64,000 nt of DNA, from the NCBI GenBank assembly GCA_947463095.1, contig CANHRE010000001.1:10719-74718 (forward strand), read 5' to 3'. The notes below the pieces were generated by a model, which saw nothing but the letters and a program-made list of their open reading frames with translations, was not told the origin of the DNA and did no database searches. Each line of letters opens with the position of its first letter. Position 1 is the stretch's first letter. Made by a program: the position numbers and the translations under genes. Shown here in pieces: positions 18,539 to 28,626 of this stretch. This DNA is from Flavobacteriales bacterium (lineage in GTDB: Bacteria; Bacteroidota; Bacteroidia; NS11-12g; UBA955).

Positions 18539-20670
18539 TTAAATCAGCCCTTTGGCTTCTTCAATCCATTTGTGCCATTGTTCCAGACTGGTCATAGAGT
18601 CTTCAGCCTCCATCTCAGCTATGCGTTCATCGGATAGGGCCGCCATGTCAGACAAGGTGTGAACACCGAGTGCCTGCAAGCGCTTTTCAAAAGCCGGTCC
18701 AATTCCTGCAATTTTCTTCAGGTCATCAGCTATTGATTCAGCCTTTTTGGCCTTTTTCTCTTCTGCGGCGGGCGTTTCTTTTGTTACCTTAGCAGCAGGA
18801 GCGTCAGATCTTTCAGCTCTTTCCATCCTTGCGCGCAGTTCGCTCAGTGCCTCAAGTTCACCAAGGGTGGTCTTTTCAGAACTCTTGTTGATTTTCTTGA
18901 TGGTCTTGGAAGCAGTTTTGCGCATTTTATCGCGGCTCGCTTCATCAGCTGCACCTTTCGCTTTCTCAGCACCTTTCCAGATGTTGGTATGCGAAGCAAT
19001 AATGCGCTTTTGGTCTTTACTGAATTCGATTACCTCAAATTCCAGTACATCATCTTCACGAGCGGAAGTATTGTCCTTCTTTTTGATGTGACGAGTGGGT
19101 GCAAAGGCCTCAACTCCATAGGGCAGTTGAACTGTAGCACCTTTTTCATTCACCGAAGTAACGGTTCCCTCGTGAACGCTGCCTACGCTGAAGATAGATT
19201 CGAAGGTATCCCAAGGATTTTCTTCGAGCTGCTTATGACCAAGGCTGAGGCGGCGGTTTTGGGTATCTACTTCCAAAACAACTACTTCCAACTTCTCCCC
19301 TTTTTTGGTGAACTCGGCAGGATGTTTAATTTTCTTATTCCAGCTGAGGTCGGAAACGTGTACAAGGCCGTCAATACCTTCTTCCAGTTCCACGAACAGT
19401 CCGTAGCTGGTCAGGTTCTTCACAACGCCGATGTGGCGTGAATTAACCGGATATTTGTCGGCGATCGTTCCCCATGGGTCAGGAGTAAGCTGTTTGATGC
19501 CAAGTGACATCTTATGCTCATCCTTATCAAGGGCAAGAACCACGCAATCTATTTCATCACCAACCTTCAGGAAGTCCTGAGGATTGCGCAGATGACTGCT
19601 CCAGCTCATTTCACTAACGTGAACAAGGCCTTCAACACCGGGTTTGATTTCAATGAAAGCACCGTAATCAGCAACAGTTACAACTTTTCCTTTCACCTTG
19701 CTGCCGATCTGGATTTCTTCTCCAAGGCTGTTCCATGGGTGTTCAGAAAGCTGCTTCATGCCTAGGCTGATACGCTTCTTCTCGTCATCGAAGTCGAGCA
19801 CTACCACATTGATTTTCTGATCGAGCTTCAACACCTCTTCAGGGTGGTTGATGCGACCCCATGAAATATCGGTGATGTGCAACAGACCGTCAATTCCGCC
19901 AAGATCAACAAACACGCCGAAAGAAGTCATATTTTTCACCGTACCTTCCAGAACCTGCCCTTTTTCAAGGCGCTTCAGGATTTCCAGTTTCTGTGCTTCA
20001 ATATCGTCTTCGATCAGGGCTTTATGAGAAACAACCACGTTTTTATAAACGTCGTTGACCTTCACAATTTTGAAATCCATGTTCTTGCCTACATACTGGT
20101 CGTAGTCGCGAACAGGTTTGGTATCAATTTGGGAACCAGGGAGGAAGGTATCGATGCCGAACACATCTACAACCAAACCACCTTTGGTACGGGAACGAAC
20201 ATAACCGGTAACCACCTGATCATCATTCATGGCTGCCAGGATGCGGTCCCAGGCTGTTTCAGCAAGTGCTTTGCGGCGGCTCAGGATGAGCTGGCCTGCA
20301 GCATCTTCTGCAATGTCCACGAATACTTCAACTTCATCTCCAAGTTTCAGATCGGGCAGGTCGCGAAATTCCTGACGCGGAACAAGTCCATCTGATTTGA
20401 AGCCTACATTCACCACCACGTCTTTATCGTTGATGGCTACCACATGTCCTCTAACTACCTTTTTTTCTTCGATAGGGTTAAAGGTTCCGGCATACTGCTG
20501 CTCCATGGACGCGCGCTCGTTCTTGGTGTACGTGCCGAAGCCGGCACCGTCCATGTCCCAATCAAAATCGTCGTGTGAAGCTGCTGTTGCATTGTTCTTT
20601 GCCGTTACCGGCGCTGTGGTCTCAGGTTGTACCTGTTCGACCTCCTGGTTTTGAGTGTGTTCTGTTGTCA
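18539..20670 (-). CDS. rpsA: 30S ribosomal protein S1 with a C-terminal Lys/Ala/Glu-rich and HhH-containing extension. Proposed TTG start.
   Basis: Multiple S1 repeats are present. The open frame continues to an ATG at 20782, but that would overlap the guaA promoter and start. A TTG at 20670 is preceded by AAAGGAGGAAAC at a 9-nt spacing and by a TAnnTTTG-like -7 box. Confidence 0.8.
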
Positions 20671-20698
20671 AACTGATGTTTCCTCCTTTTGGGGCCGG

Positions 20699-20706
20699 CA
20701 AAAATA
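20699..20706 (-). promoter_or_regulatory. candidate Bacteroidetes -7 element (TATTTTTG) for rpsA
   Basis: The minus-strand TATTTTTG matches the TAnnTTTG consensus. It lies about 28 nt upstream of the proposed TTG start, with an upstream TTG about 24 nt away. Confidence 0.3.
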
Positions 20707-20739
20707 TACATTCCTTTTGAATTTCCATATCAAAAACTC

Positions 20740-20772
20740 TTGAATGCCTTTCGAACATCCTTGGTAACTTTG
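20740..20772 (+). promoter_or_regulatory. candidate Bacteroidetes sigma-A promoter (TTG -N22- TAACTTTG) for guaA
   Basis: The -33 TTG at 20740 and the -7 TAACTTTG at 20765-20772 lie 12 nt upstream of the guaA ATG. Confidence 0.3.
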
Positions 20773-20784
20773 CAGCTTCCAATC

Positions 20785-22314
20785 ATGCACCAAAAAGTTC
20801 TTATCCTCGACTTCGGATCGCAATACACCCAGTTGATTGCCCGCAGGGTCAGGGAACTCCAGGTTTATTGTGAAATCCACCCATACAACCACATCCCCGA
20901 TATCGGGGAAGACGTACAGGGAATTATTCTCAGCGGTAGCCCTTATTCGGTGAACGAAGATCAGGCACCAGAGGTAGACCTTGATGCCCTGCGCAGTCGA
21001 TTTCCTTTGCTGGGCATTTGCTACGGTGCTCAATTGCTGGCAAAAAAATACGGTGGCAGGGTGGGCAGCAGCAGCCACCGGGAATATGGCAGGGCCACCA
21101 TCAGCCAGACTGGAATAAGCAACAAGCTATTCGATAGCCTGGACGCACAAAGCCAGGTATGGATGAGCCATGGTGATTCCATCCTTGAACTTCCTGAACA
21201 CTGCGAAGTGATTGCCAGTACAGATCATATCCCTGTTGCGGCCTTTCATTTTAAAGGCAGCCAGACCTATGGCATACAGTTTCATCCGGAGGTAACCCAC
21301 AGCACCCAGGGTAAAGACTTGTTGAAGAACTTTCTTTTTGACATTTGTGGATGTTCGGGAGACTGGACTCCGGCGCACTTTATTTCTGAAACCACTGCGC
21401 TGTTGAGCCATCAAATCGGATCAGATCATGTAATTCTAGGACTTTCCGGCGGGGTGGACAGCTCGGTTGCGGCCATGTTGCTGAATAAGGCCATTGGCAA
21501 ACAACTTACCTGCATCTTCATCAACAATGGGCTGCTTCGGAAGCATGAATTCACAGAAGTTCAAGAGTCGTACAAGAGTTTAGGGCTGCATGTGGTGGCT
21601 GTTGACGCATCCCATCGGTTTTACTCAGAACTTAAAGGAGTGCGCGACCCCGAACAAAAAAGGAAAATCATTGGCAGGGTTTTCATAGAGGTTTTTGATG
21701 AAGAAGCCGCAAAAATCCCCAATGTGCGCTGGCTAGCGCAGGGTACCATTTACCCTGATGTTATTGAAAGTGTAAGTGTAAAAGGGCCCTCCGCCACAAT
21801 TAAGAGCCACCACAATGTGGGTGGATTGCCAGAACGCATGAACCTGCGCATCAGCGAACCGTTGAAATCTCTGTTTAAAGACGAGGTGCGCAGGGTCGGA
21901 CGAGAAATGGGCCTGGCAGACCATTTTGTGGATCGCCACCCCTTCCCTGGCCCGGGCCTTGCCATTCGCATTATTGATGATGTGACAGAGGAAAAAGTAC
22001 AAATTTTACAGGATGCCGATGAAATTTACCTCAACATCCTGAAAGAGAAAGGCCTGTACCAACAGATATGGCAGGCCGGCGCCATCTTCCTTCCCATTCG
22101 CAGTGTGGGTGTTATGGGTGATGAACGCACGTATGAAAACGCCATTGCCTTGCGCGCCGTTACCTCTCTGGATGGCATGACCGCCGATTGGTTCCCCATG
22201 CCCTACGATGTGCTCGCAGAAATTTCCAATACCATCATCAACCGTGTGAAAGGAATCAACAGGGTAGTGTATGATATCAGCTCAAAACCACCGGCAACCA
22301 TCGAATGGGAATGA
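20785..22314 (+). CDS. guaA: GMP synthase (glutamine-hydrolysing)
   Basis: The start was chosen at [24 protein letters not shown]. The GATase domain is followed by the ATP-PPase motif SGGVDSSV and the conserved C-terminus. Confidence 0.92.
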   Translation: MHQKVLILDFGSQYTQLIARRVRELQVYCEIHPYNHIPDIGEDVQGIILSGSPYSVNEDQAPEVDLDALRSRFPLLGICYGAQLLAKKYGGRVGSSSHREYGRATISQTGISNKLFDSLDAQSQVWMSHGDSILELPEHCEVIASTDHIPVAAFHFKGSQTYGIQFHPEVTHSTQGKDLLKNFLFDICGCSGDWTPAHFISETTALLSHQIGSDHVILGLSGGVDSSVAAMLLNKAIGKQLTCIFINNGLLRKHEFTEVQESYKSLGLHVVAVDASHRFYSELKGVRDPEQKRKIIGRVFIEVFDEEAAKIPNVRWLAQGTIYPDVIESVSVKGPSATIKSHHNVGGLPERMNLRISEPLKSLFKDEVRRVGREMGLADHFVDRHPFPGPGLAIRIIDDVTEEKVQILQDADEIYLNILKEKGLYQQIWQAGAIFLPIRSVGVMGDERTYENAIALRAVTSLDGMTADWFPMPYDVLAEISNTIINRVKGINRVVYDISSKPPATIEWE

Positions 22315-23408
22315 AAAATATCTTGATTAAAATCTTAGTAGCTGCATTAATACTTTCCAGCAGCAGCTCCGACGCAAAACCTGCAGACAGCTTGTTTAAA
22401 GTGGGCCTGATCATGCCGTTTAAGTCCAACAGTATGCGCAACGGGCTCAGCGAAGCTTCTTTGGATTATTATGAAGGAGTTAAACTGGCATTACAGGAAT
22501 TGGAGCTCAATGGAATCAAATTGCGCCTATATGTATTTGATTCACAAAAAGACTCCTTTGCGCTGAAAGAAATCCTGGCGCATCCGGATTTGCCGAACCT
22601 GCATTTGATTATTGGACCTGCAGCATCCACGGAGCTAGATGAAGTGGCGCCATTCTGTGCAAAGCATGGCATTCCTCTTGTCTCGCCTTTGAAATATTAC
22701 AGCGCCCCAGAAGATGCGCACACCGTGGTATTCAACCCCTTCAGCAACGACAGCATCAGGGTGAAGGCGAGCATTGAAAAAACTGTTTGGGTGTTTCAAT
22801 CATCAAAAATCTATATCCTGAACGACAACAGCGCTGAATGTGCACGCAACATCGGATACATCAAGGGTGTTTCAGGTGCATTCAGGAAAAGAAGCCTCTC
22901 TGTTATCCCTTACAACAATGGAAACTTCAGCCAGTTGCTTCCTAAGAATGATTCGGTTGTGATTGTGATGCCCACCTCCCGTACCGGAATGCTCAGTGCC
23001 GTGGTGAAATTTCTTGAGGAGCATCCGAAGGCCATGGCTGTCGGTCATCATCAGTGGTACGAAAATCTGGAAGCTACCATGGCTTCCGGTAAAATGACGC
23101 GGGTGTTTCTTCCAGAAGTAAACTTCGTTGACCAGTACGACAGCATTACCCAAAAATTCAGGTTGCGATACCGGGATCAATTCCGCAGTGAGCCTACCCG
23201 GTTTGTCTATGTCGGATATGATCAGATGTTGTTTTTTGGCCAGGCCCTGATGGCCTTCGGCAGGAACTTTCCGGAACGTGTGTCCGATGGCTCCTTCCCT
23301 ATGGTTCAAAATGAACTCTACTTTAAAAAACGCAACGGCAGCTACGACAATTACGGAATTAACCTGATCACTATGGGCGAGCAACGTCCGTATAAGGTTC
23401 GCCCATGA
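22305..23408 (+). CDS. periplasmic-binding-protein (type 1) fold protein, secreted
   Basis: 367 aa with a signal peptide. The Leu/Ile/Val-binding-protein-like N-terminus is VGLIMPFKS...[12 protein letters not shown]...[12 protein letters not shown]. Confidence 0.45.
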   Translation: MGMKNILIKILVAALILSSSSSDAKPADSLFKVGLIMPFKSNSMRNGLSEASLDYYEGVKLALQELELNGIKLRLYVFDSQKDSFALKEILAHPDLPNLHLIIGPAASTELDEVAPFCAKHGIPLVSPLKYYSAPEDAHTVVFNPFSNDSIRVKASIEKTVWVFQSSKIYILNDNSAECARNIGYIKGVSGAFRKRSLSVIPYNNGNFSQLLPKNDSVVIVMPTSRTGMLSAVVKFLEEHPKAMAVGHHQWYENLEATMASGKMTRVFLPEVNFVDQYDSITQKFRLRYRDQFRSEPTRFVYVGYDQMLFFGQALMAFGRNFPERVSDGSFPMVQNELYFKKRNGSYDNYGINLITMGEQRPYKVRP

Positions 23409-24568
23409 GCCGCGATCTGATTCGATTGCGCATCCTAAAACAGCTTATTGCTTCTTATACAGGCAATCAACCTCTGAACCTGTTCCTTCAGGAGCAATTC
23501 AGGCTGAATAAATCATGGGGTTCATCTGATCGCAGGTTCTACCGTGAATGGGTATATGCTTACATGCGACTTGGCACGGCTGCAGACCAGCTTACGCTCC
23601 AGGATGCCCTGCTGCTGTTGGCAATAAAAAAGAATGAAGCTTCCCTGGTGGAGGCCTGGAGCGAAGGAACTGTTACGGCTGAACAAAGCATCAGCGAAGT
23701 TTTTCCTGAATATAAAGAACAGAACTGGTTCCCCTACCACCACCTCGTCTCTGAACACATTCCCATGGAGGCCCTTCAGGCACATCATCAGCATGTCCTG
23801 CCTGTTTACGCGCGCATTTTACCTAAAGCAGAAAAAGGCACGATGAACCTCCCGGAAGGTGCCCAGCTTCTACCGGATGGCGCTTTATCGTTTCCTTCAG
23901 CTACCGATTTGTCCCTTTGGGTGAAGCAGGGCTTTCTTCAAATACAAGATTTAGGCAGCCAGAGTATTTGCAGGCATATTGCCCAGCATATTGCTGAAGG
24001 ACTATTTTGGGATGCATGCGCCGGTGCAGGTGGGAAAAGTTTGTACTTCGCTCCGTTGGTTCAGCCTCACCAGCTTTTCTGCTCCGACCTCAGACCTGGC
24101 TCCTTAAACAATCTACTGGAACGCTTTGAACAAGCTGGATTCCAGCAACCTTTCTATGCCGTAGTTGATCTAGAGCAGGAACAGGTAAGTCTGGAGTTTT
24201 CTCAGGCCCATGAATCAAAAGTGGTTTTATCGGAACATATGGTGGATTATGTGGCACTTGATGTACCCTGTTCCGGTTCCGGCACCTGGGGTCGCAGCCC
24301 TGAAATGCTGCGCACTCAATTCCATAAATCTGCACCGGAAGATTATGCGCGAAAACAGAGAACCATCGTATCAAATGCCCTTCATTTTCTCAAGCCTGGT
24401 GGCCTGCTCTTCTACAGTACCTGTTCTGTTTACCGCTGTGAGAATGAAGAAAACACCACTTTTTTCCAGGAATCCTTCAATTTAACATTAAAGGAGTTTA
24501 CCTACATAGACGGTTACCACAATCGTTGCGATTACCTATACCTGGCTGTACTTCAAAAGCAATCATAA
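23405..24568 (+). CDS. RsmB/NOP-family class I SAM-dependent RNA (cytosine-C5) methyltransferase
   Basis: It has a NusB-like N-terminus. The C-terminal motifs are DACAGAGGKS (SAM binding), DVPCSGSG and FYSTCS, which fit the RsmB/F family. Confidence 0.7.
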   Translation: MSRDLIRLRILKQLIASYTGNQPLNLFLQEQFRLNKSWGSSDRRFYREWVYAYMRLGTAADQLTLQDALLLLAIKKNEASLVEAWSEGTVTAEQSISEVFPEYKEQNWFPYHHLVSEHIPMEALQAHHQHVLPVYARILPKAEKGTMNLPEGAQLLPDGALSFPSATDLSLWVKQGFLQIQDLGSQSICRHIAQHIAEGLFWDACAGAGGKSLYFAPLVQPHQLFCSDLRPGSLNNLLERFEQAGFQQPFYAVVDLEQEQVSLEFSQAHESKVVLSEHMVDYVALDVPCSGSGTWGRSPEMLRTQFHKSAPEDYARKQRTIVSNALHFLKPGGLLFYSTCSVYRCENEENTTFFQESFNLTLKEFTYIDGYHNRCDYLYLAVLQKQS

Positions 24569-24597
24569 AAAAAGCTCCGTTTCCGGAGCTTTTTTTA
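24566..24597. terminator. bidirectional rho-independent terminator between rsmB-like (+) and actF (-)
   Basis: AAAAAA-AGCTCCG-TTTC-CGGAGCT-TTTTTTT forms a perfect 7-bp stem flanked by A- and T-runs. Confidence 0.75.
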
Positions 24598-24614
24598 TCG
24601 TAATTATGACCGGA

Positions 24615-26036
24615 TTAAGGTCCTACATCATGGTAGGCTGATTCTTCGATATATGGATGGTTCACTGCGATCAGTGACCGCCTGGTCAAAGCTTGCAGCA
24701 CCCAATATGCAAACACTCCGCAAAACATGGTGAACATTCCTATTTCCAGAACACCAACTTCTGCCGCTGATCCAATGGTACCAGGCATGACCATCAGGTA
24801 AACATCATTCCAGTGACCTGTAATCAGTATCAGAGCTGCAATGCTGAGCACCAAAGGATTGCGTTTATTATTCCTGGTCATAAGAATCAGGAATGGAGCC
24901 ACAAAGTTCATGATTACGTTCAGGAAGAACTGGAATTTGAACTGAGGGTCATTAAAGCGATCATAGTAATAAGCTACTTCTTCTGGAATCTGTGCATACC
25001 ATATGAGCAGGAACTGAGCCAACCAGATGTAAGTCCAAAAGATGGAAAAGGCGAACATGAATTTACCAAGGTCATGCACATGCTCATCACTTACAATTTT
25101 CAAGTACCCCTGCGAACGCAGATAGAGCACAAAACAGCAAATGATGGTTAAGGCAGATACCCATCCGGTAGCGAAGTTGTAAACTCCGAAAATGGTACTG
25201 TACCAATGAGCATCCACGCTCATGATAATTAACCAAGACAACACGCTGAAAGAAAAGCCGTAGATAACAGTAAAAGCACCTGAGAAACGAACCGATTTAC
25301 GGAAATTGGTCAGGTCACCCTTAGACACTTCATCTTCTTTTTTGCTCAGGCTGCGCAATTTCAATCCGAACAGGAAGTATATGCTTACAAACAGCAAGGT
25401 GCCAAACAACAAGATGTTGCTGTTCAGGAATCCAGATTTACCGGCAAGAATTTTGTCATAACCAGGAGCACCTTTAGCTATATTCTGATGCTCATAGTGT
25501 GCCCAATGATATAAGTCCTGACGAGCTACAAAAAGCACCACAAGGACGATTACAAGGGCAACCGGAATAAAGGTCAACATTGCTTCCGGGATCCTCTTAA
25601 TCGCAGCACTCCATCCTGCATTAGCCACATGATTCACAGCAATGAAGAATAGCGCAGCAAGAGAGATGATGAGGAAGAAGTAACCGTTTACCAGCAGGTT
25701 TGCCCAAAAGCGGGTGAAAGCAGGCTTGGGGTGTTCCGGGTCTTTGTGGGTTGTTTTCGGAAACAGTGTTTCATGACCGGCATTGTCAACAACCAGGTTA
25801 GGATCTACCTTATGGGCTTCCTGCGCAGCAGCGCCATGATTATCATGACCGGCATGTGTTGCAGGCTTTGCATGACTGTTTGCAGAATGTGAAGAGTCCG
25901 TAGGTAAGGTAAATACCCCCACCACAGTGAGCAGAAGGCCAATAATGGCAGCTCCCAGGGTGAACATTTTAGCTTTAGCGGGAACAACAAACTGTTCCTT
26001 GGAAATTTCGATATGATGCGCTTCGTGATGTGCCAT
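24615..26036 (-). CDS. actF: alternative complex III subunit ActF-like integral membrane protein (NrfD-like)
   Basis: 473 aa and polytopic. It is the last gene of the act cluster and has a His-rich N-terminus. Confidence 0.6.
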   Translation of the reverse strand: MAHHEAHHIEISKEQFVVPAKAKMFTLGAAIIGLLLTVVGVFTLPTDSSHSANSHAKPATHAGHDNHGAAAQEAHKVDPNLVVDNAGHETLFPKTTHKDPEHPKPAFTRFWANLLVNGYFFLIISLAALFFIAVNHVANAGWSAAIKRIPEAMLTFIPVALVIVLVVLFVARQDLYHWAHYEHQNIAKGAPGYDKILAGKSGFLNSNILLFGTLLFVSIYFLFGLKLRSLSKKEDEVSKGDLTNFRKSVRFSGAFTVIYGFSFSVLSWLIIMSVDAHWYSTIFGVYNFATGWVSALTIICCFVLYLRSQGYLKIVSDEHVHDLGKFMFAFSIFWTYIWLAQFLLIWYAQIPEEVAYYYDRFNDPQFKFQFFLNVIMNFVAPFLILMTRNNKRNPLVLSIAALILITGHWNDVYLMVMPGTIGSAAEVGVLEIGMFTMFCGVFAYWVLQALTRRSLIAVNHPYIEESAYHDVGP

Positions 26037-26052
26037 AATGTTTCCTCCCGGA

Positions 26053-26673
26053 TTATCTTTTTACTTCATTTGATTGATTCAGACTAGTGTCTGAAGCTAC
26101 TGTTCCTGTTCCGCTTAACTCTTTCACGTAGCGAATCACTTTCCAGCGATCAAGCGGTGAGAGTACCGAAGCATGGCTACCCATGTTATTTTTTCCGTAC
26201 GTAAGGGTATGGTAAATCTTTCCAACAGGAAGCGTTTTGATGTATGCATCCTGATAATTAGGCCAAACCGGTTTACCTACTTTTTCCATCACCTTGCCGT
26301 CGTTACCGCCGGTAAGACCATGACAGGGTGAACAGTAAATTTCATAGTTGTATTTGCCGCGGCCTTCAGCATCCTGTAAGTCGGCAGGCATTTGAAAACC
26401 AGTTCCGGCAGCTTCATAACCTTCATTGGTGTTGGGATAAGGATAGAAATAATCCATTTGACCTTGAGCGATAGTGCCTTTTACCGGCTCCCTCATGTTC
26501 ATGCCATAAGGATTGATCAGATTCGAATCGCGTTGGTTATACGGTTCATACCCTTTTGAATCATACATGTCAGGGGCATATTCCAAACCCGGATTGTTTC
26601 CGCGGCTCTTGATACAGCTGCTGAATACAGCTATGGAAAGCACCGAAAAAGTGATGATATTGATTGTTCTCAT
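26053..26673 (-). CDS. actE: ACIII monoheme cytochrome c lipoprotein (ActE-like)
   Basis: 206 aa. It has a lipoprotein signal ending in a lipobox (LSIAVFSSC) and a single CSPCH heme motif. Confidence 0.65.
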   Translation of the reverse strand: MRTINIITFSVLSIAVFSSCIKSRGNNPGLEYAPDMYDSKGYEPYNQRDSNLINPYGMNMREPVKGTIAQGQMDYFYPYPNTNEGYEAAGTGFQMPADLQDAEGRGKYNYEIYCSPCHGLTGGNDGKVMEKVGKPVWPNYQDAYIKTLPVGKIYHTLTYGKNNMGSHASVLSPLDRWKVIRYVKELSGTGTVASDTSLNQSNEVKR

Positions 26674-26688
26674 TACGCTTTTTCTTTA

Positions 26689-27255
26689 TTATCCAACAAC
26701 TTTTTGAGTACCATTCAAACGCTCGCGCAGTTCTACCGCTCCTGTTTTGCGATAAATTGAAAGCACTTCCTGTTCGTTCACATTGCCTGCTTCAACTACA
26801 ACCACCATACGATCATCTGTTTGGCGATCATCCAGAAGTTCCGGTTCAATACCGTGAGCGAGCCTGTTGCGCCAAAAGAAGAAGAAAGCCATTCCAAAGG
26901 CAGTCAGCAACACGGTTGATTCAAACATTACTGGAATCCATGATGTAGCAAAAATCAATGGCTTATTACCTACATTCATTGGCCAATCATGAACATTCAT
27001 GTACCAAATCATCAGTGCAGCCAGCGAGAAACCTGTTAATCCGCATATGAAGGCGATAACCGTTAGGTTGGTTCTTTTGATGCCAATGATGCGATCCAAG
27101 CCGTGCAAAGGATATGGGGTATACACATCCAGAACAGGAATTCCATGACCTGTAAGCTCTTTGGCAGCGGCCATTACCTTCTCTTCGTCTTCATAAACAC
27201 CCAGCAACATTTTTCCTCTGTTGCGGAGCATGACGTTTTTATCAATAATTCCCAT
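26689..27255 (-). CDS. actD: ACIII subunit ActD-like (DUF3341) membrane protein
   Basis: 188 aa with two TM segments. Its position is between actC and actE. Confidence 0.55.
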   Translation of the reverse strand: MGIIDKNVMLRNRGKMLLGVYEDEEKVMAAAKELTGHGIPVLDVYTPYPLHGLDRIIGIKRTNLTVIAFICGLTGFSLAALMIWYMNVHDWPMNVGNKPLIFATSWIPVMFESTVLLTAFGMAFFFFWRNRLAHGIEPELLDDRQTDDRMVVVVEAGNVNEQEVLSIYRKTGAVELRERLNGTQKVVG

Positions 27256-27258
27256 GGA

Positions 27259-28608
27259 TTATTCTCTGTTTTTAAGAATGGTTTTTAATTCTGACATGTT
27301 AATCACAGGCAGAAACTTGCTGAACAGGAAGAAACAGGTAAAGAACAGGCCAAAGGTGCCAAGGAAAATTCCTATCTCTGTCCATGAAGCTGAATACATA
27401 ACCCATGATGAGGGCAGGTAATCTCTATGCAGGGAGGTCACAATAATTACGAAACGTTCAAACCACATACCAACGTTCACCACAATCGAAATCATGAAGA
27501 TGAACCATGGTGTGGTGCGCGCCCACTTGAACCAAAACACCTGTGGAGAAACCAGGTTACAGAACATCATGCTCCAATAGGCCCACCAGTAAGGACCGGT
27601 AGCGCGGTTGATGAAGGCATATTGCTCGTATTCTACGCCCGAATACCAGGCTACAAAAAACTCAGTGATGTAAGCCATACCTACCATGGTACCGGTCAGC
27701 ATCACCACTTTGGCCATGGCTTCTAGGTGTCCGATGGTAATGTAGTTCTCGTAGTTCATCACCTTTCTGGCAACAATCAAAAGGGTAAGAACCATACCGA
27801 AACCGGAAAAAATCGCACCGGCCACAAAGTATGGCGGGAAGATGGTGGTGTGCCAACCGGGAACGAGCGAAGTGGCAAAGTCTGTAGATACAATGGTATG
27901 CACCGACAAAACCAGAGGCGTACTTAAGCCAGCCAGAATTAACGATACAACCTCATAACGTGCCCAGGTGCGGGTAGACCCTGTCCAGCCCATGCTGAAC
28001 ACCCTGTACCAGAATTTACCGGCTTTGGTTTTGATCTTGTCGCGAATGGTAGCAATATCCGGAATCAAACCGAGGTACCAAAACAACAGCGATACGCTGA
28101 AATATGTTGAGATTGCAAAGACGTCCCAAAGCAGCGGTGACTGAAAATTCGCCCATAAGCTGCCGAAGGAGTTTGGCAGGGGAAGAGCCCAGTAGGCTAC
28201 CCAAACCCTTCCCATGTGAAATACAGGGAAAATTGCTGCGCACATTACCGCAAAAATGGTCATAGCTTCAGCCGAACGGTTGATGCTCATCCTCCACTTC
28301 TGACGAAACAGCAGCAGAATTGCAGAAATAAGGGTACCGGCATGTCCAATACCCACCCAAAATACGAAGTTGGTGATGTCCCAACCCCACATAACACTTT
28401 TGTTGATGTTCCATACACCGATGCCGGTCCAAACCGTATAACCGATGGTCCATACCAACAGAAGCAGAAAGATAAACGAGATGACAAATCCAACACGCCA
28501 GGAAGTACTTGGCTTGTTCAGAATTGGTCTTGAAATGTCCGCCGTAACGTCGGTTGGTGTTTTCCCCCCAACGACCAGTGGCTGTCTGATGATGCTGTCG
28601 TGATTCAT
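27259..28608 (-). CDS. actC: ACIII quinol-binding membrane subunit ActC (NrfD/PsrC family)
   Basis: 449 aa and polytopic. It has an NrfD-like hydropathy pattern and follows actB. Confidence 0.7.
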   Translation of the reverse strand: MNHDSIIRQPLVVGGKTPTDVTADISRPILNKPSTSWRVGFVISFIFLLLLVWTIGYTVWTGIGVWNINKSVMWGWDITNFVFWVGIGHAGTLISAILLLFRQKWRMSINRSAEAMTIFAVMCAAIFPVFHMGRVWVAYWALPLPNSFGSLWANFQSPLLWDVFAISTYFSVSLLFWYLGLIPDIATIRDKIKTKAGKFWYRVFSMGWTGSTRTWARYEVVSLILAGLSTPLVLSVHTIVSTDFATSLVPGWHTTIFPPYFVAGAIFSGFGMVLTLLIVARKVMNYENYITIGHLEAMAKVVMLTGTMVGMAYITEFFVAWYSGVEYEQYAFINRATGPYWWAYWSMMFCNLVSPQVFWFKWARTTPWFIFMISIVVNVGMWFERFVIIVTSLHRDYLPSSWVMYSASWTEIGIFLGTFGLFFTCFFLFSKFLPVINMSELKTILKNRE

Positions 28609-28626
28609 GTACGCTGACTTTCCTGG

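Noticed and set aside
18539-20782. The full 747-aa rpsA ORF starting at the ATG at 20782
   Set aside because: It would overlap the divergent guaA start at 20785 and the candidate guaA promoter. The TTG at 20670, with its SD-like and -7 signals, is the more plausible start.
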